Below, in pieces: positions 61,459-64,000 of a stretch of 64,000 nt of DNA (the first letter of the stretch is position 1; each line of letters begins with the position of its first letter). The notes beneath the pieces were generated by a model. The model saw nothing but the letters and a program-made list of their open reading frames with translations. It was not told the DNA's origin and did not search any database. A program made the translations under genes and the position numbers. Location of the stretch: positions 40,238,001-40,302,000 of the forward strand of contig OX638156.1 of the NCBI GenBank assembly GCA_951804945.1, given 5' to 3'. This stretch comes from Podarcis cretensis. Lineage: Eukaryota.

Positions 61459-61561
61459 TCACTTCTTGAGATCCATAAAGATAGCGTTGGTAGTTGTCTG
61501 TCCAAAGATAAATGCTCCAAGGATAACCATGAAGACGCCGTAGCTCACCATCGCCCACCAG
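61459..61561 (-). CDS. SLC38A7: SLC38A7 (SNAT7) last coding exon
   Basis: 103 nt, [33 protein letters not shown]. Confidence 0.92.
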
Positions 61562-61673
61562 CTATGGATAAAAGAGGGGAGACTGGCATGAAGCACACAT
61601 GATTCCATAACCACTGACCCCACATGGATGAACTGGGCAAGAGGAGGCAGCAAAGAAGAAGCACAGCTCTTAC

Positions 61674-61728
61674 CCGGCTGGTCTGGCCTCTTGTATTTCG
61701 GAGAGCTTGGTGTGGATGAGGCAGAGTC
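61674..61728 (-). CDS. SLC38A7: SLC38A7 coding exon
   Basis: 55 nt, [17 protein letters not shown]. Confidence 0.9.
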
Positions 61729-62477
61729 CTGGCAAGGAAGGAGCGGAGGAAAACGGTGAAGGAAAAAAGCAGCAGAAGGAACCACCAAGGCATTTTTTTT
61801 GCAGCCATCTAGATCTCAGAACAATGAACAGTTCTAACAAAGCCAGTGTTACGTTCAACAGTTTTGAGCAATATCAGGTTCTTGTTGGTGTGCAAAGGAA
61901 GTATGTCTTGAACATTTTAGTGAAAGAAGATCCACCACTGAGGTGGCTGCAGAAAAGTCACTGTGCAGAAGAAAGTTGGTTGTGTGGGCTAACAATCAAT
62001 TGCTAATTTATCCAAAGGAAGTGGGTGTGGGAAGGGTGGCAACTCAGGCTGAACTTATAGAGAAAGAGAATTCTGGCTAGGGGAATATTCTGGCCTATCC
62101 AGAGCAGGTACCTGCGAGGCGAGGTGAGCCAGGCTGGTAGTAAAGACCACCAAATAAAGTTCCAAAGGAGCCATCTGCTCTGCTAAAAGCAGAAGTGAAC
62201 TGAGGTCTTCTGAGTCCCTCTGTCCTGATTTCCCCTCCTAAGCGAGACTCCCCAGCCTGAGGGCAAGTGCTTCTCTGCCTCTCTGTATCCTTCTGCCTGA
62301 AAAACTCCCCCTGCCATTGGGCAGGGACCCTGGAGTGGGAGCACCTTGACTCATCAGGGAAATCAAGCTGGGAGAGGCACCTCCATGGGTCCCTGCTCAC
62401 AGCCTCAGCTTCAGATCGCCCCACCAAAAGCAGAATAAGAGCCCCCCTGTTACACACAGTCAGCCAGGGAAAACTAC

Positions 62478-62677
62478 CTGGGAAAACAAAGATGAAGCAG
62501 GCAGCCAGGCCCCCAATGAGAGAGATGACTTTGCCAATGTCAGGAATGAACAAGGCCAGGAGGAGGGTGAGGAGGAACCAGCTGACCGTCTGCAAGAGGC
62601 GCCGCCTCCTCTCCCGCACGACGTCTTCTTCAACCGCCTCCCCCTTGTAGCGCAGCCAGAGGCCTTCCAGCACAGCC
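62478..62677 (-). CDS. SLC38A7: SLC38A7 coding exon
   Basis: 200 nt, [66 protein letters not shown]. Confidence 0.95.
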
Positions 62678-62812
62678 CTGGGCAGGAAGCCAAGACAAAA
62701 GGAGGAGTTAGGGGTTGCCCTCTGCCACTGCAACACCCCAAGCAAGGACTGCACAGCAGCAGGAGAGGCTCACGCCAGCCAGCCCCACCAACCCCTCCCG
62801 CTCCACGCTCAC

Positions 62813-62960
62813 CGGCCACAGAAATGCAGGATCGGGTAGGAAGTGAGAACGCAGACGATGATGGAAACCCGGGCAATGGCGACTGGGATGTCGTTGGAGG
62901 GGTAGGACATGAGCACATCCTGTTCCACACTGGACCCAAACGTCAAGTATCCACAGACTC
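62813..62960 (-). CDS. SLC38A7: SLC38A7 coding exon
   Basis: 148 nt, [49 protein letters not shown]. Confidence 0.95.
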
Positions 62961-63086
62961 CTGGCAGGAAACAGGAGGAGGAGGAAGAGGAAGAGAAGAA
63001 GATGAAGAAGAAAGAAGGGAGATCAGTCTCCCTTTTGTGGCTCAGAAGAGGCGATTGAACGCTTCCTCTTTTTTCATCCCGCCTAC

Positions 63087-63201
63087 CTGTGCCCGTGTAG
63101 ACAAAAAGAGCGATGACCATGGCTGCTGTCACAACGGCCCCCCATGGCTTCACCTCTGGTTGCTTCATGCTGTGGAAGACGGGCACGCTACTGACGTGGC
63201 A
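63087..63201 (-). CDS. SLC38A7: SLC38A7 coding exon (upstream exons lie beyond the window end)
   Basis: 115 nt, [38 protein letters not shown]. Confidence 0.95.
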
Positions 63202-64000
63202 CTGCCAGGGAGAAGAGGAATAGGAAAGGGTTGTTAGGTGTGGAAGAGGAGGATGCAAGTTTTCTGATCAGCCTTTGTGATTACTTGCACAGGAGATCCT
63301 TCTCCCAGACTTGTTCTTTGGGCTAGTGCAGTTTTTCCACACATATGTTTTCACAGCTGGAGACCAAACAGCCAGTCAACAAATTCAGCAAAAAGTAGCC
63401 TTGACCAGCCTGGTGCCATGAACATCTGGAGGGAGGATGCAATAACAGGGCCTTTGATTTTCCCTTAAGACGGTTGAAGGATAAGAACCACCTCTGCCTC
63501 ATTCCAGGACCCACGTAACTCACATTATCCCTTTTTAAATGCTTTCTGAACCAAATTCCATCTTAACTTTTCCTAGGACAGCTGTATTTGTATTCTACAG
63601 TAATCCATTTCCCCTTATCCCTCATCTGGAGAAGGGCGCGCAGGCTCCATATGAGCACCTCAAAAGCTTTTGTCTGTCTGTTCACACCTTATTCAACCTT
63701 TCTTGCAAGAGGTTGAAGCTAGTGTACTTAGGATATCACATCCTACTTATAAAAAACGGACAGAAAAACACAAGGCTACATACCATAAACACCATAGAAA
63801 AGAAAACACTACAGTTTCATCCAAGATAAAAATGAATTAAACTTGAAACAAAGGTCAGGGTTTAGATTGATTGTTCTGTCTCTCTCCCCATCCCATTGCA
63901 CCCCCCGTGTCTCCAAATAGAGCTGAGAAAGACCCCTGAATGAAACCCCAGAGAGACCCTGCCAGTCTGGAGGGCATCAAGCTAGCATAGAAAATATTGA

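Noticed and set aside
495-63829. Most short ORFs in the six-frame track
   Set aside because: Antisense shadows of exons, intron read-through or repeat-derived frames with no recognisable protein motifs

Overview
Vertebrate genomic DNA, very probably from a lacertid-type lizard, judged from Sauria/Squam1 SINEs, a young L2 LINE and squamate CR1/MITE families. There are three spliced genes, all on the minus strand. (1) The 5' two-thirds of CNOT1: CpG-island exon 1 at ~43.6 kb, exon 2 whose coding part probably lies in a 204-N gap, and coding exons 3-34 whose sizes match human as I recall them. Intron 17 hosts the H/ACA snoRNA SNORA50/SNORA76. (2) A complete 11-exon, 456-aa cathepsin A-like S10 serine carboxypeptidase with an intact Ser-Asp-His triad, lying between CNOT1 and SLC38A7, where human has no such gene. 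(3) The last five coding exons of SLC38A7. Main unusual items: the intron-reduced CTSA paralogue with a TATA-type, non-CpG promoter; a composite hAT-MITE insertion in CNOT1 intron 2 that carries a captured piece of that neighbouring gene; several unannotated H/ACA- or scaRNA-shaped candidates and poison/terminal-exon candidates in CNOT1 introns; two GC-AG introns; and a near-intact L2 RT ORF. Exon numbers follow human CNOT1 from memory. RNA structures were paired by eye, not computed.
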